64,000 nucleotides of DNA from an uncultured delta proteobacterium (GTDB lineage Bacteria; Desulfobacterota; Binatia; UBA9968): assembly GCA_963745035.1 (NCBI GenBank), contig CAVUVW010000016.1:1-64000 (forward strand). The letters run 5' to 3'. The notes beneath the pieces are model-generated. The model was not told the origin of the DNA, ran no database searches, and worked only from the letters and a program-made list of their open reading frames with translations. A program made the translations under genes and the position numbers. Positions 20,425-30,662 of this stretch are shown here, one piece after another; the first letter of the stretch is position 1, and the number at the start of each line of letters is the position of its first letter.

Positions 20425-21547
20425 ATGTACGGCTTGAGAGCTTTCGCGCGTGTCCTCGCGCTGCCCGGTCTCGTCTGCATCGGCGGCCAAGCCATCGCCG
20501 CGCCAAGCGGACTGGAACAAAGAATGGGAACAAACGCTTTCCGCGGCGCGCAAGGAAGGTCAGGTCACTGTCTATATTTACCGCTATGAAAAATTGCTGG
20601 CGGATTTTAAAAAAGAATTTCCCGGAATCAACGTTGTGTCGGTCCCGGGGCGCGGAAACGAATTGACGACGCGGATTATGACCGAGCGGCGTGCCGGAAA
20701 ATATATCGCCGACGTTTACAGCGGCGGCACGGGCGGCAACTACAACGTGCTTTACAAAGGCAAGGCGCTCGATCCGATCAAGCCGGCGCTGATTCTTCCC
20801 GAAGTCGTCGACGAGTCGAAATGGTATGCGAAAGAACATCGCTATGCGGACGCCGAAGGCAAGTACGTCTTCGCTTACCTTGCCAGTCCCAGCGATGCGC
20901 AGCTCGCTTACAACACGGCGCAAGTCAACCCTAAAGAATTCCGCTCCTATTGGGACGTTACGAATCCAAAGTGGAAAGGCAAGATCGTGTCACTCGATCC
21001 GCGCGACGGTGGCTTGGGCGCGACCATGCAGTTCTTTTATTACAACCCGGAAATCGGTCCGGAGTTCATCAAGAAATTTTTCAGCACGATGGATATCCAG
21101 TTTGCGAAAAATTTCCGCCAGATGACCGATTGGCTGGCGCAGGGACGATACGCGATCTGCTTCGGCTGCAAGGATTCGATGAGAGCCAAGAACCAGGGAC
21201 TGCCCGTAGAAGATTTCGACACGACGAGATGGAAGGAGGGCTCGAGTTTTTCTTCGGGAGGCGGGTCGCTGAGCCTGTTGAACCAGGCGCCGCATCCCAA
21301 TGCGGCCAAGGTTTTTATCAACTGGTTCCTGTCGCGCAAGGGGCAGATCGCGCTGCAGAAGCTCGGCGATGCCGACGATCCGCCGAACTCGCGCCGGATC
21401 GATATTCCTAAAGACGACGTGCCGCCGACCAATCGGCTAGCGCCGGACGGGAGATATTTCGACGTGGTGAAGCCGGAGTATGCGGACTTAAAGCCGATCG
21501 CCGATCTCGCGAAGGAGATCATGGCCGGAGTCGAAGCAAGGAGATAG
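20425..21547 (+). CDS. Extracellular solute-binding protein, array copy 6 (frameshift near 20503)
   Basis: ATG 20425 gives signal peptide MYGLRAFARVLALPGLVCIGGQAIAA, which joins QADWNKEWE after one extra base. Confidence 0.85.
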
Positions 21548-21673
21548 CCGTGAGGCGCGCGAGCGGCGCTAAAATCAGCAGGCGGTGAATCGGCGGCCGG
21601 ATGAGAAGGCGAACGATTCCCGTTGACATTGGAGTTCTCATAGGAAACTATTCGGCCGGAGAAAGGGTTGCAC

Positions 21674-22798
21674 ATGGCCAACCTTCGAAAAGTGAGTGTT
21701 GCCGGGTTGCTGGCGGGTGCGCTGCTGTGCGTGATTCCGAGCGGGGCGCAGGGCGCCCAAGCCGATTGGAAAAAAGATTGGGAACAGACGCTGGCTGCCG
21801 CCCGAAAAGAAGGGCAAGTGACCGTCTACATTTACCGCTATGAAGCTCTGCTGCAGGATTTCAAGCGGGAGTTTCCGGGCATCAACGTAGTATCGGTGAC
21901 CGGACGGGGAAGCGAGCTCACCAGCCGGATCATGGCCGAGCGGCGCGCCGGCAGGTTTATCGCCGACGTCTACAGCGGCGGAACCAACAGCCTGTACAAC
22001 ACGCTTTACAAGGGCAAGGCGCTCGACCCGCTCAAACCGGCGCTGGTGCTGCCCGAGGTCACGGACACGTCGAAGTGGTACGGCAACGAGCACCGTTACG
22101 CCGATCCGGAAGGGAAATATATCTTCGCTTTCATCGGCTCGCCGAGCAACGCGCAGTTGGCGTACAACACGAAGCAGGTGAACGCAAAAGAATTCAAATC
22201 CTATCAGGATGTGATCAACCCCAAATGGAAGGGCAAGATCGTCTCCCTCGATCCGCGCGACACCGGGCTGGGGGCGACCATGCAGTTTTACTATTACAGC
22301 CCGGATCTCGGGCCGGAGTTCATGAAAAAATTCTTCGGCGGCATGGATATTACCTACACCAAGAACTTTCGTCAGATGACCGACTGGCTGGCGCAAGGAA
22401 AGTTCGCGATCTGCATGGGGTGCAAGGATTCCATGCGGGCGAAGAACCAGGGTCTGCCGGTGGAAGATTTCGACACCAACCGTTGGAAGGAAGGATCGAG
22501 CTTTTCGGCGGGCGGCGGATCGGTGAGCTTGATGAATCAGGCGCCGCATCCCAATGCCGCCAAGGTATTTCTCAACTGGTTCTTGTCGCGTAAAGGGCAG
22601 ATCGCGCTGCAAAAGCTCGGCGACGTGGACGATCCGGCGAATTCCCGGCGCATCGATATTCCCAAGGACGACATTCCGCCGGACAATCGCTTGCAGCCCG
22701 GCGTAAAATACTTCGATGTGGTGAAACCCGAGTACGGCGACATGAAGCCGATCTTCGATCTAGCCAAGGAGATCATGGCAACGGCGGAGAAAAAGTAG
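21674..22798 (+). CDS. Extracellular solute-binding protein, array copy 7 (close paralog of copy 6)
   Basis: Signal peptide; shares GQVTVYIYRYE, LGATMQFYYY, GCKDSMRAKNQGLPVEDFDT with copy 6. Confidence 0.9.
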   Translation: MANLRKVSVAGLLAGALLCVIPSGAQGAQADWKKDWEQTLAAARKEGQVTVYIYRYEALLQDFKREFPGINVVSVTGRGSELTSRIMAERRAGRFIADVYSGGTNSLYNTLYKGKALDPLKPALVLPEVTDTSKWYGNEHRYADPEGKYIFAFIGSPSNAQLAYNTKQVNAKEFKSYQDVINPKWKGKIVSLDPRDTGLGATMQFYYYSPDLGPEFMKKFFGGMDITYTKNFRQMTDWLAQGKFAICMGCKDSMRAKNQGLPVEDFDTNRWKEGSSFSAGGGSVSLMNQAPHPNAAKVFLNWFLSRKGQIALQKLGDVDDPANSRRIDIPKDDIPPDNRLQPGVKYFDVVKPEYGDMKPIFDLAKEIMATAEKK

Positions 22799-22807
22799 GA
22801 GCGCATC

Positions 22808-23974
22808 ATGCTCACCCGCGAAGAAAATGACATGCTGACCCGCGTCGGACCGGGCACGCCGGCGGGCGAGCTGCTGCGGCGCTACTGGATGCCGGTCGCG
22901 GCTTCCGCAGAACTCACCGATGAGAAGCCGATCCGGCCTGTTCGTCTCCTGGGCGAAGACCTTGTCGTGTATCGCGACAAAGCGGGGCGCTACGGCGTGG
23001 TCGGCGAGCACTGCCCGCATCGAAAAGCGTCGCTGGCTTTTGGCCGCGTCGACGAGGAAGGCATTCGCTGTCGCTATCATGGCTGGAAATTCGACTGCGC
23101 GGGAAAATGCCTCGAGCAGCCCGCCGAGCCGGAGGAAAGCGGCTTCAAGGACAAGATCAAGCACGTTGCCTATCCCGTCGAGAAATTGGGCGGACTTTTG
23201 TGGGCATATTTAGGGCCGGAGCCGAGGCCGCTGTTGCCGCGCTGGGACGTGCTGGCGTGGGAGAACGGCAAGCGCTGGATCGAGAAGCACGAGATCTACC
23301 GTTGCAACTGGCTCCAGCCGATGGAAAACTCGGTCGATCCGTCGCATCTCTATTGGCTGCACGGCGACACGGCGCATCTGGCGCCCACGGTGGATCATTA
23401 CGAAGAGGAGCATGCTTTCATACCGTTCGAGCACGGCATCGTAAAACGGCGCATCACCCCGGGAAAAAAACCCGGGGACCATCCCGTGATTGACCAGCAT
23501 CCGCTGCTGTTCCCGATCACCCTACGCCATGTGTTCCGAGAAAAGCTGCTCAGCGGCAGGTTGCGCCACAATTTGCAATTGCGCGTGCCCGTGGACGATG
23601 CGCACACGCAGGTGTTCGTGGTTTATTTCTCGCCCGGCGAGAACGATCATTCAGCGGCCGACGGCGACACGCCCTGGGAATATTTTCCGATCCGCAATGA
23701 CAAGGGCGAGTACCGGCTCGAGCATGTATTGGTGCAGGACGCGATGGCGTGGGAAACCCAAGGCGCGCCCACCGACCGCACGCAGGAGCATCTCGGCGTC
23801 AGCGACGAAGGCATTATCCTTCTGCGAAAAATTTTGCGCGAGCAGATCGAGATCGTGCGCAGCGGCGGCGAGCCCCTCGGCTTGGTGCGCGATGCGAGAA
23901 AGAATCGTTTGATCGAGTTCGAAGTGATCAACGAGCGAATCGGGCTGTTCGGTAAACAGCAGAAGGTGGCGTAG
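22808..23974 (+). CDS. Rieske non-heme iron oxygenase alpha subunit (phthalate 4,5-dioxygenase / LigX-like group)
   Basis: CPHR...CRYHGW; ENSVDPSHLYWLH; QDAMAWETQG; EHLGVSD. Confidence 0.92.
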   Translation: MLTREENDMLTRVGPGTPAGELLRRYWMPVAASAELTDEKPIRPVRLLGEDLVVYRDKAGRYGVVGEHCPHRKASLAFGRVDEEGIRCRYHGWKFDCAGKCLEQPAEPEESGFKDKIKHVAYPVEKLGGLLWAYLGPEPRPLLPRWDVLAWENGKRWIEKHEIYRCNWLQPMENSVDPSHLYWLHGDTAHLAPTVDHYEEEHAFIPFEHGIVKRRITPGKKPGDHPVIDQHPLLFPITLRHVFREKLLSGRLRHNLQLRVPVDDAHTQVFVVYFSPGENDHSAADGDTPWEYFPIRNDKGEYRLEHVLVQDAMAWETQGAPTDRTQEHLGVSDEGIILLRKILREQIEIVRSGGEPLGLVRDARKNRLIEFEVINERIGLFGKQQKVA

Positions 23975-24024
23975 AAAATTTACAACCAAGCGGCAGGCTC
24001 GTTGAATCTTCGGAGGAACCTCTC

Positions 24025-25129
24025 ATGGCAATCACTGCGCAGATCGATCCGAATCTCAAACCGGAGCGCATCGATACCTACAAATATTGGCAGGCGGAGC
24101 AGAAGATTCCGGTGGTGCACGGTTTCTTTGTCGAGGACGTCAACACCTTGCCTCTGGAACACTGGGATTTGAAGGGCGTGCCCTGCTCCATGGTCGTGCT
24201 CGACGGCACCGGCGGCACCAACGACGCCTACGTCTGCGAGATCCCCGCCGGCGGCAAGACCAAGCCGCAGAAACACATGTACGAAGAGATGGTTTACGTC
24301 ACGCAAGGCTACGGCGCGACCAGCGTCTGGCAGCGCGACGGCAAGAAACACACCTTCGAATGGGGCCCGGGAAGCATGTTCGCCATGCCGCTCAACGCGG
24401 ATTACCAGCATTTCAACGCCAGCGGCAGCGAAGCGGCGCGCTACTTCGCGGTGACAAATTGCTGCTTCATGATGAACCTGTTTCACAACGTCGATTATAT
24501 CTTCAACAGCGACTACAGCTTTCTCGACCGTTTCGACCCGCGCACCGAAGGTTACTTCAGCGGCCAGGGCGAGCTCACCGGAAGATTCTTTTTGACGACC
24601 AACTTCGTGCCCGACACGCACACGCTCAAGCTCACCGACTACAGCGAGCGCGGCAAGGGCAGCACCAACATGAAATTCAATCTGGCAAAGAACACCATGG
24701 GCGCGCATATCTCGGAGTTTCCCGTGGGGACCTATAAAAAGGGGCACAAACATGGTCCCGGGCGCGCACGTGATCATTCTCGGCGGTCAGGGCTATTCGA
24801 TTCTCTGGCCGCAGGGAGAAGAGCCGCAGCGCGTCGACTGGAAACGGGGCAGCGTGGTGGTGCCTCCGGACCAGTGGTTTCACCAGCACTTCAACTCGGG
24901 CGCGGCGCCGGCGCGCTATCTGGCGCTGCGCTGGAACAACTGGCGCTACAGGTTCATGCGCTCGCAGGACGGCGAGGGCGGCACCTTCACGAGCGTCAAA
25001 CTGGGCGGCGGGCAGATCGAGTTCGAAGACGAGGATCCGCGAATCCATCGCGACTTCGAAGCGGCGATGAAAATAGCCGGCGCGCGCTGCAACATGGGCT
25101 CCTACCATCCCGGCTGCACGTATAAATAG
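24025..25129 (+). CDS. Bicupin protein, paralog of 10235..11272 (frameshift near 24760)
   Basis: QKHMYEE...YQHFN; HKHGPG|AHVIIL...WFHQHFN. Confidence 0.85.
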
Positions 25130-25205
25130 AAGCTTCTTCGCGGCGATTCTCCGCTTGAACTCTTCGCCGTCACGCGCTACAAACTCGCTGCGCGAAGGGT
25201 GAGCC

Positions 25206-26941
25206 ATGGCGAAGACCGAAACCTTTAACGGAAAAGCGTTTCCCCATTCGTGGCTGCCGCCGCTCGACGGCGGCACGGCGCTCATGGCCGTGCTGATCGG
25301 CTGCATGGGTTTTACGTGCTCTATCCGCTCGCATTGATTATCCTCAATAGCTTCAATACCGCCACCATCGCCGAGCCGCCGGTGTACGGTCTCAAGGCCT
25401 GGCGCGAAGCGTTCAGCGAGTACGGCATCTGGCGCTCGCTGTGGAACAGCATCAAGATCGGCATCGTGTTGCAGGTGATCGCGTTGCCGCTGGGCATCTT
25501 TATCTCCTGGCTGCTCGCGCGCACCAATATTCTTTTTCCCAACGCGTTGGAGTTCGGTTTTTGGGTTTCTTTTTTCCTGCCCGGCCTCGCCACGACGTTC
25601 GGCTGGATGCTGATGCTCGATCCGAGCACCGGCCTAATCAACTCCTGGCTGCGGCAACTGCCGCTGGTGAGCGGCCTCAACTTCGACATCTATACTTTCT
25701 GGGGCATCATCTGGGTGCATCTGGTCGGCAACGGCATCTCGACCAAAGTGATGTTGATGACCCCGGCGTTTCGCCGCATGGACGCGTCGATGGAAGAGGC
25801 GAGTCGAATGTCGGGAGCGAGCGCGCTGACCACGCTCTTCCGCATCACGGCGCCGGCGATGACGCCGGTGATTATCGTCGTGCTGCTGCTGAGCATCATC
25901 CGCATCTTCAGCAGCTTCGAGATCGAGCTTCTGCTCGGCGTGCCGTGGAGCTTTTACGTCTATTCGACCAAGATCGTCGATCTGGCGCGCCAGGAGCCGC
26001 CGCTGGTCAATCAGGCCGCGGCATTGGGCAGCGTCATTCTGATTTTTCTGGTGGCGTTCATTCCGCTGCAGCGCAGATTGATCACGCGCCGGCAGTTCAC
26101 CACGGTCACCGGCCACTTCAAGCCGAAAATCATCGATCTCGGCATCTGGCGCTATCCCGCCACGGCGTTCGTGGCGCTTGTGGTTTTCATTCTGGACGTT
26201 GTCCCTCTTTTGAGCGTTCTCGGCGGCAGCTTCATGACCCGCTTCGGCTTTTTCAATCTGCCGAAGACCTGGACCCTCGATTACTGGAACATGGCACTCA
26301 ACGACGGGCGCATTCTCCAGGGGCTGCAAAACACCCTGATCGTCGCGGTGAGCGCGGGGTTGGTGGGCGCTTTGGTCTTCTCCTTGATCGGCTACGTTCT
26401 GGTGCGCACCAAGCTTCCCGGCCGGTCGGTGCTCGATTCGATCTGCTGGCTGCCCTCCGCGATTCCCGGGGTGTTGGCCGGACTCGGTCTTTTATGGATG
26501 TTTCTCGGCACGCCGTTGTTCCGGCCGTTCTACGGCACGATCGTGCTCCTGGTGATCGCGCAGGTGCTCGGCGGAATCACCCTGTCGACGCAAATTCTCA
26601 AGGCCAACTTCGTTCAGTTGGGTAAAGAGCTCGAAGAGTCCTCGCGCATGTCGGGCGCGGGTTTTTGGCGCACCTATTTCCGTATCGTCTTTCCGCTGAT
26701 GGCGCAGACCATGGTGCTCGTCGGCGTCATCAAGTTCATGTTCGCCGCGCAGCACAACTCGGCGATCATTCTGCTGGCGACCTCGGAAACCCGCACGCTG
26801 TCGCTGCTCGCGCTCGATCAAGTCGCGGCGGGCTACCGCGAGGTCGCCAGCATCACCATCATTCTCGTCACCTTGCTCACTCTCGGCGTGGCGATCGTCG
26901 CGCGCTCGTTCGGATTGAAGGTCGGCATCCGGGCGGAGTGA
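25206..26941 (+). CDS. ABC transporter permease, fused two-domain FbpB-like (frameshift near 25312)
   Basis: ATG 25206 MAKTETF...CMGF joins YVLYPL across a T run; two EAA loops (MEEASRMSGA, LEESSRMSGA). Confidence 0.88.
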
Positions 26942-26958
26942 GTTGGAAAAAGATGGCT

Positions 26959-27021
26959 GAGGATCGAGGATTGAAAATGGAGGATCGAATTCCTGCCCTG
27001 GTGATCCCATCCTCGATCCTC
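26959..27021. repeat. 7-nt periodic repeat with inverted copy
   Basis: GAGGATC GAGGATT GAAAATG GAGGATC ... CATCCTC GATCCTC; related units at ~13736-13764 and ~15409-15436. Confidence 0.7.
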
Positions 27022-27067
27022 ACGAGCTGGAATACGACTCATCCGCTGGTGCGAAGGACGGAATGAC

Positions 27068-28180
27068 GTGAGCTTTTTACGCATTCAGAATCTCTACAAG
27101 ACTTTCGACCGGGTCGTCGCCGTCGATCACATCGATCTGGAGATCGCCGAGGGCGAGTTTTTTACTCTGCTCGGCTCCAGCGGCTGCGGCAAGACGACGA
27201 CCTTGCGCATGGTCGGCGGGCTGGAAAAGCCTGACGGCGGCGAGATTCACCTCGGCGGCCAGTGTCTGGTTTCCTCGGAGAAGAATCTTTTTATCAAGCC
27301 GGAAAAGCGCAACATGGGCATGGTGTTTCAGTCCTATGCTCTGTGGCCGCACATGACAGTGTTCGAGAACGTCGCCTATCCGCTGAAGCTGCGCGGCATC
27401 AAGGGCCGCGACGCCGAGAAGAAAGTCGCCGACGTGCTCGGCCTTGTCGGCCTCGCCGGCTTGGAAGAGCGCCCGGCGCCGGCGCTGAGCGGCGGCCAGC
27501 AGCAGCGCGTAGCGCTGGCGCGCGCGCTCGTCTTCTCGCCGAAGGTTTTGCTGCTCGACGAACCGCTCAGCAATCTCGACGCGCAGCTCCGCGAAGAAAT
27601 GCGCCGGGAGCTGAAGTCCTTGCAGCAGCGGGTGAACATCACCGTCATTTTCGTGACTCACGATCAGATCGAAGCGCTGAGCCTTTCCGATCGCATCGCA
27701 ATCATGAAATTCGGCGTGCTCGAACAAGTGGGCACTCCCGAGGAAGTTTACTACCATCCTGCAACTCCATTCGTGCGCGATTTTTTGGGCAAAACATTTC
27801 TCTTGCCGGGGAGAGTCAGCACGATCGCGGGCCAACAGGTAAACATTGAAGTCCAAGGCGTCGCCAGTGCGCCGCTGGTTCTTCGCGAGAGCAACGTGAT
27901 CTCGTCGACGAACGGAGCTCTTGCCGTGGGACAAGGCGTCATGGTCGCGATTCGCCCGGAGCAGATTTCGATCTTGGGGACGACCGGCGATGGCCGGCCC
28001 AACACGATCCAAGCGAATCTTCAGGCGGTGCATTTTCTCGGCGATCGCTACGAGTACACGGTCGAGATCGGCGCGGAAACGCGGGTGCTGGTCTCGCCGG
28101 AGGCGCGGCAGGTAAAGCGCGGCGACAAAATTTTTCTCGAGCTCAAGCCCGAAGGCATGACGCTCTGGCCGCGCGAATAG
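27068..28180 (+). CDS. ABC transporter ATP-binding protein (FbpC/PotA-like, C-terminal TOBE)
   Basis: GSSGCGKTT, LSGGQQQR, LLLDEPLSNLD, VTHDQ. Confidence 0.95.
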   Translation: MSFLRIQNLYKTFDRVVAVDHIDLEIAEGEFFTLLGSSGCGKTTTLRMVGGLEKPDGGEIHLGGQCLVSSEKNLFIKPEKRNMGMVFQSYALWPHMTVFENVAYPLKLRGIKGRDAEKKVADVLGLVGLAGLEERPAPALSGGQQQRVALARALVFSPKVLLLDEPLSNLDAQLREEMRRELKSLQQRVNITVIFVTHDQIEALSLSDRIAIMKFGVLEQVGTPEEVYYHPATPFVRDFLGKTFLLPGRVSTIAGQQVNIEVQGVASAPLVLRESNVISSTNGALAVGQGVMVAIRPEQISILGTTGDGRPNTIQANLQAVHFLGDRYEYTVEIGAETRVLVSPEARQVKRGDKIFLELKPEGMTLWPRE

Positions 28181-28260
28181 TTCCGCCGGCGGCGCCTCTT
28201 CGGTTCAATTCTACTCGCAGTCGTGCGCGCGTGCGGGTCATCCAGCTAGGCCCTGGCACG

Positions 28261-28395
28261 GTGCTAAAAATCCTTTAAGAGTCCTTCGACGAAGCTCAGG
28301 ACGAGCGGAAAGCTTTACCGGTAGCGCGCGAATTTCTCCCGTTCATGCTGAGCTCGTCAAAGCATTCCGGCACAGCCACTCGCCCGTTTCAGCAC
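28261..28395. repeat. MITE/REP-like element between convergent genes
   Basis: Ends GTGCTAAAAA / TTTCAGCAC are inverted; inner arms CCTTCGACGAAGCTCAGGACGAGCGG and CCGTTCATGCTGAGCTCGTCAAAGC. Confidence 0.65.
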
Positions 28396-28400
28396 ATAGA

Positions 28401-29366
28401 CTATTTCGTCGCCGCGATAAACGCGGGATCGACAAAACTCTCCCAGGGTTCGCGCTTGGGTATCAACTTGTCGTACTCCAGCAGGCGGATCATTTCGGCG
28501 AGACCGGGTCCATCGATCGACGCCTCGTAACGGAAACTCTTGTTGTCCTGGACTATGAATTTGTAGGTTTGCGCGGCGATACCTGCGTCGACCTTCAAGC
28601 GCTGCACCATCAGCTCGATAGCCGGTTTCTCGTTGCCGGGATCATTGAGCCACCTTTGCGCTTGGCCGATTGCTCTGATGTAGCGGGTGAACAGTTGGCG
28701 GTTTTGCTGCAACGACTTATTCAGCGCAAAGAACGAGGCGTACTGCAAGTTTTTGATCTCGTCGCCGTAGTTGAGCAGTACTCTGCGGCCGGCCTCGATG
28801 GATCTGAAATTAAACGGCGGCGCTTCGGCCAACGATGCGGCCACCTGGCCGGACGCTACCGCCTGAAATCTTTCGGGGCTCCCGCCAACAGATAGAATGG
28901 TGTAGTCCGACGGAGAAATGCCGCGGCGCTGCATCACATCCTTGAAGATGGTCGTGGTGATGCTTGCCACAGAAGCGCCGGCGATTCGTTGCCCCTTGAG
29001 GTCGGCAAGAGTCTTGAATTGCGGGTTAGCGATAACTTGATAGGCGTAACCGTAATTCGTTCCGCCGATGATCTTGATCTCCGCGCCGCGGACCGCCGCG
29101 ATTATGCCGAAGTGGGTGCCCGATCGGGCCATGTCGACTGTACCCGCGATGAGCGCCTTGACGACCAAGTCCGGCGTCATGTAGGTCGGCTCGACGTCGA
29201 GATTTTCTTTGGCAAAGATTCCCTTTTCCTTGGCCACAACATAATCGATGTCGAACGCCGTGGGATTGGTGGAGCTCAAGGTAATCTTGTCGGCGGCGAG
29301 TAACTGCCAAGTCGGGACCAATAGGACGAATAGGACAGCTAGCGCAATTCCTTTGGTGGTCATCAT
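28401..29366 (-). CDS. ABC substrate-binding protein, SsuA/NMT1-like
   Basis: Signal peptide; KGIFAKENLDVE; ALIAGTVD; DLKGQRIA. Confidence 0.88.
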   Translation of the reverse strand: MMTTKGIALAVLFVLLVPTWQLLAADKITLSSTNPTAFDIDYVVAKEKGIFAKENLDVEPTYMTPDLVVKALIAGTVDMARSGTHFGIIAAVRGAEIKIIGGTNYGYAYQVIANPQFKTLADLKGQRIAGASVASITTTIFKDVMQRRGISPSDYTILSVGGSPERFQAVASGQVAASLAEAPPFNFRSIEAGRRVLLNYGDEIKNLQYASFFALNKSLQQNRQLFTRYIRAIGQAQRWLNDPGNEKPAIELMVQRLKVDAGIAAQTYKFIVQDNKSFRYEASIDGPGLAEMIRLLEYDKLIPKREPWESFVDPAFIAATK

Positions 29367-29397
29367 GAGACCTCCTCCATGGTACCTTCGTCTTCTT

Positions 29398-29428
29398 CCT
29401 GTTGCCTATCGCCTGATGCCTGTTGCCT
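29398..29428. repeat. 7-nt periodic tandem repeat
   Basis: CCTGTTG CCTATCG CCTGATG CCTGTTG CCT just after the enolase-family stop. Confidence 0.65.
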
Positions 29429-29431
29429 TTC

Positions 29432-30520
29432 TTACTTTTCCTCGCACTCTTGGAGCACATCGGCGCGCGGCTCCAACCCTAAGCCCGGCGTTTCCGCCAA
29501 AGTCACCCAGCCGTGGTCCGGGGCCGGCGGCTCCTTGTAGATTTTGTCGCCGACGCCCCACATCTCGAAATGAAATTCGACGCGCCAGCCGTTGGCCATG
29601 GCGGCGTGCAGGTGCATGTTGTGATGCGGCCAGCCGCCGCCGTTGGCGATCGGCAAGTTGAACGCCTGCGCCAAGGCGGCGACTTTGACCGCTTCGGTGT
29701 AGCCGCCGACCGAGCAGACGTTGGGCTGAGCGATGTCGACCGCGTGGTTGGCGATCAGCTCGCGATGGCGAAAGCGATGGCCTTCGTTCTGGCCGGCGGC
29801 GATCGGGATCGAAGTATGGCGGCGCAAGTCGGCGAGCAGCAGGGCGTCGTTCTGATAGACCGGCTCTTCGAACCAGGTGATGCGATAGGGCTCGACGAGC
29901 TTGCAAAGCTCGAGGGCGCGGCTGAATGAAAAAAGATAATTGGCGTCGATCATCAGCTCGACGTCATCGCCCACCGCCTGGCGCACCGCGCGCACGCGCT
30001 GGGCGTCGACCTGCGGGTTCTCGGGATCGACGGCGACGACCATCTTGAGCCGCTTCTCGCCTTGGGCGACGAGCTGGTTCGCGACCTCGGCAAGCTGATC
30101 GGCGGAGTATTGCTTGAGGCCGAAGGTGACGTAGGCGGGCACGGGATTCTGCGCTCCGCCGAGCAGGCGCCAGACCGGCTCTTTATAGTGCTTGCCCTTG
30201 ATGTCCCAGAGCGCGATGTCGATCGCGCTCACCGCCGAGCTCCACATGCCGGTCTGGGCGCGAGGATTGAACTGCTTGTAAAGCTGGTTCCAGACGCGCT
30301 CGGTTTCGAGCGGATTCTTGCCGCGCAGAAACGGCGCCGCTTCGCGGTTGATAAACTCCTTGATGCCGAAACGCTGCGAGCCGCGGGTCAAGCCATAACC
30401 GACTACGCCTTTGTCGGTCTCGACCGCAACGAAAACAATCGATGTGGTAATCGGCTCTTTGAGCAGCGGCACGGAAACCGGCACGCGGTGTAAACTCGCC
30501 CTGACGTCGGTGATCTTCAG
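29432..30520 (-). CDS. Mandelate racemase/muconate lactonizing enzyme family protein
   Basis: SAIDIALWDIKGK, KRLKM, MIDAN, WFEEP. Probable CTG start at 30520 (KITDVRASLHRVP). Confidence 0.9.
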   Translation of the reverse strand: MKITDVRASLHRVPVSVPLLKEPITTSIVFVAVETDKGVVGYGLTRGSQRFGIKEFINREAAPFLRGKNPLETERVWNQLYKQFNPRAQTGMWSSAVSAIDIALWDIKGKHYKEPVWRLLGGAQNPVPAYVTFGLKQYSADQLAEVANQLVAQGEKRLKMVVAVDPENPQVDAQRVRAVRQAVGDDVELMIDANYLFSFSRALELCKLVEPYRITWFEEPVYQNDALLLADLRRHTSIPIAAGQNEGHRFRHRELIANHAVDIAQPNVCSVGGYTEAVKVAALAQAFNLPIANGGGWPHHNMHLHAAMANGWRVEFHFEMWGVGDKIYKEPPAPDHGWVTLAETPGLGLEPRADVLQECEEK

Positions 30521-30662
30521 TGGACACCTCCCATGGCTGGGTTGTTAGCGCAGATCGCCGGAGCAAGTCAAACTTCGCTTCCGTGGCTTGCATCGGAAAG
30601 TCTTGACCCGGGTCGCGGGGCATTTTATGAAGGCCGTAACCGGGCGCGCAAAGGAGAGCCGC

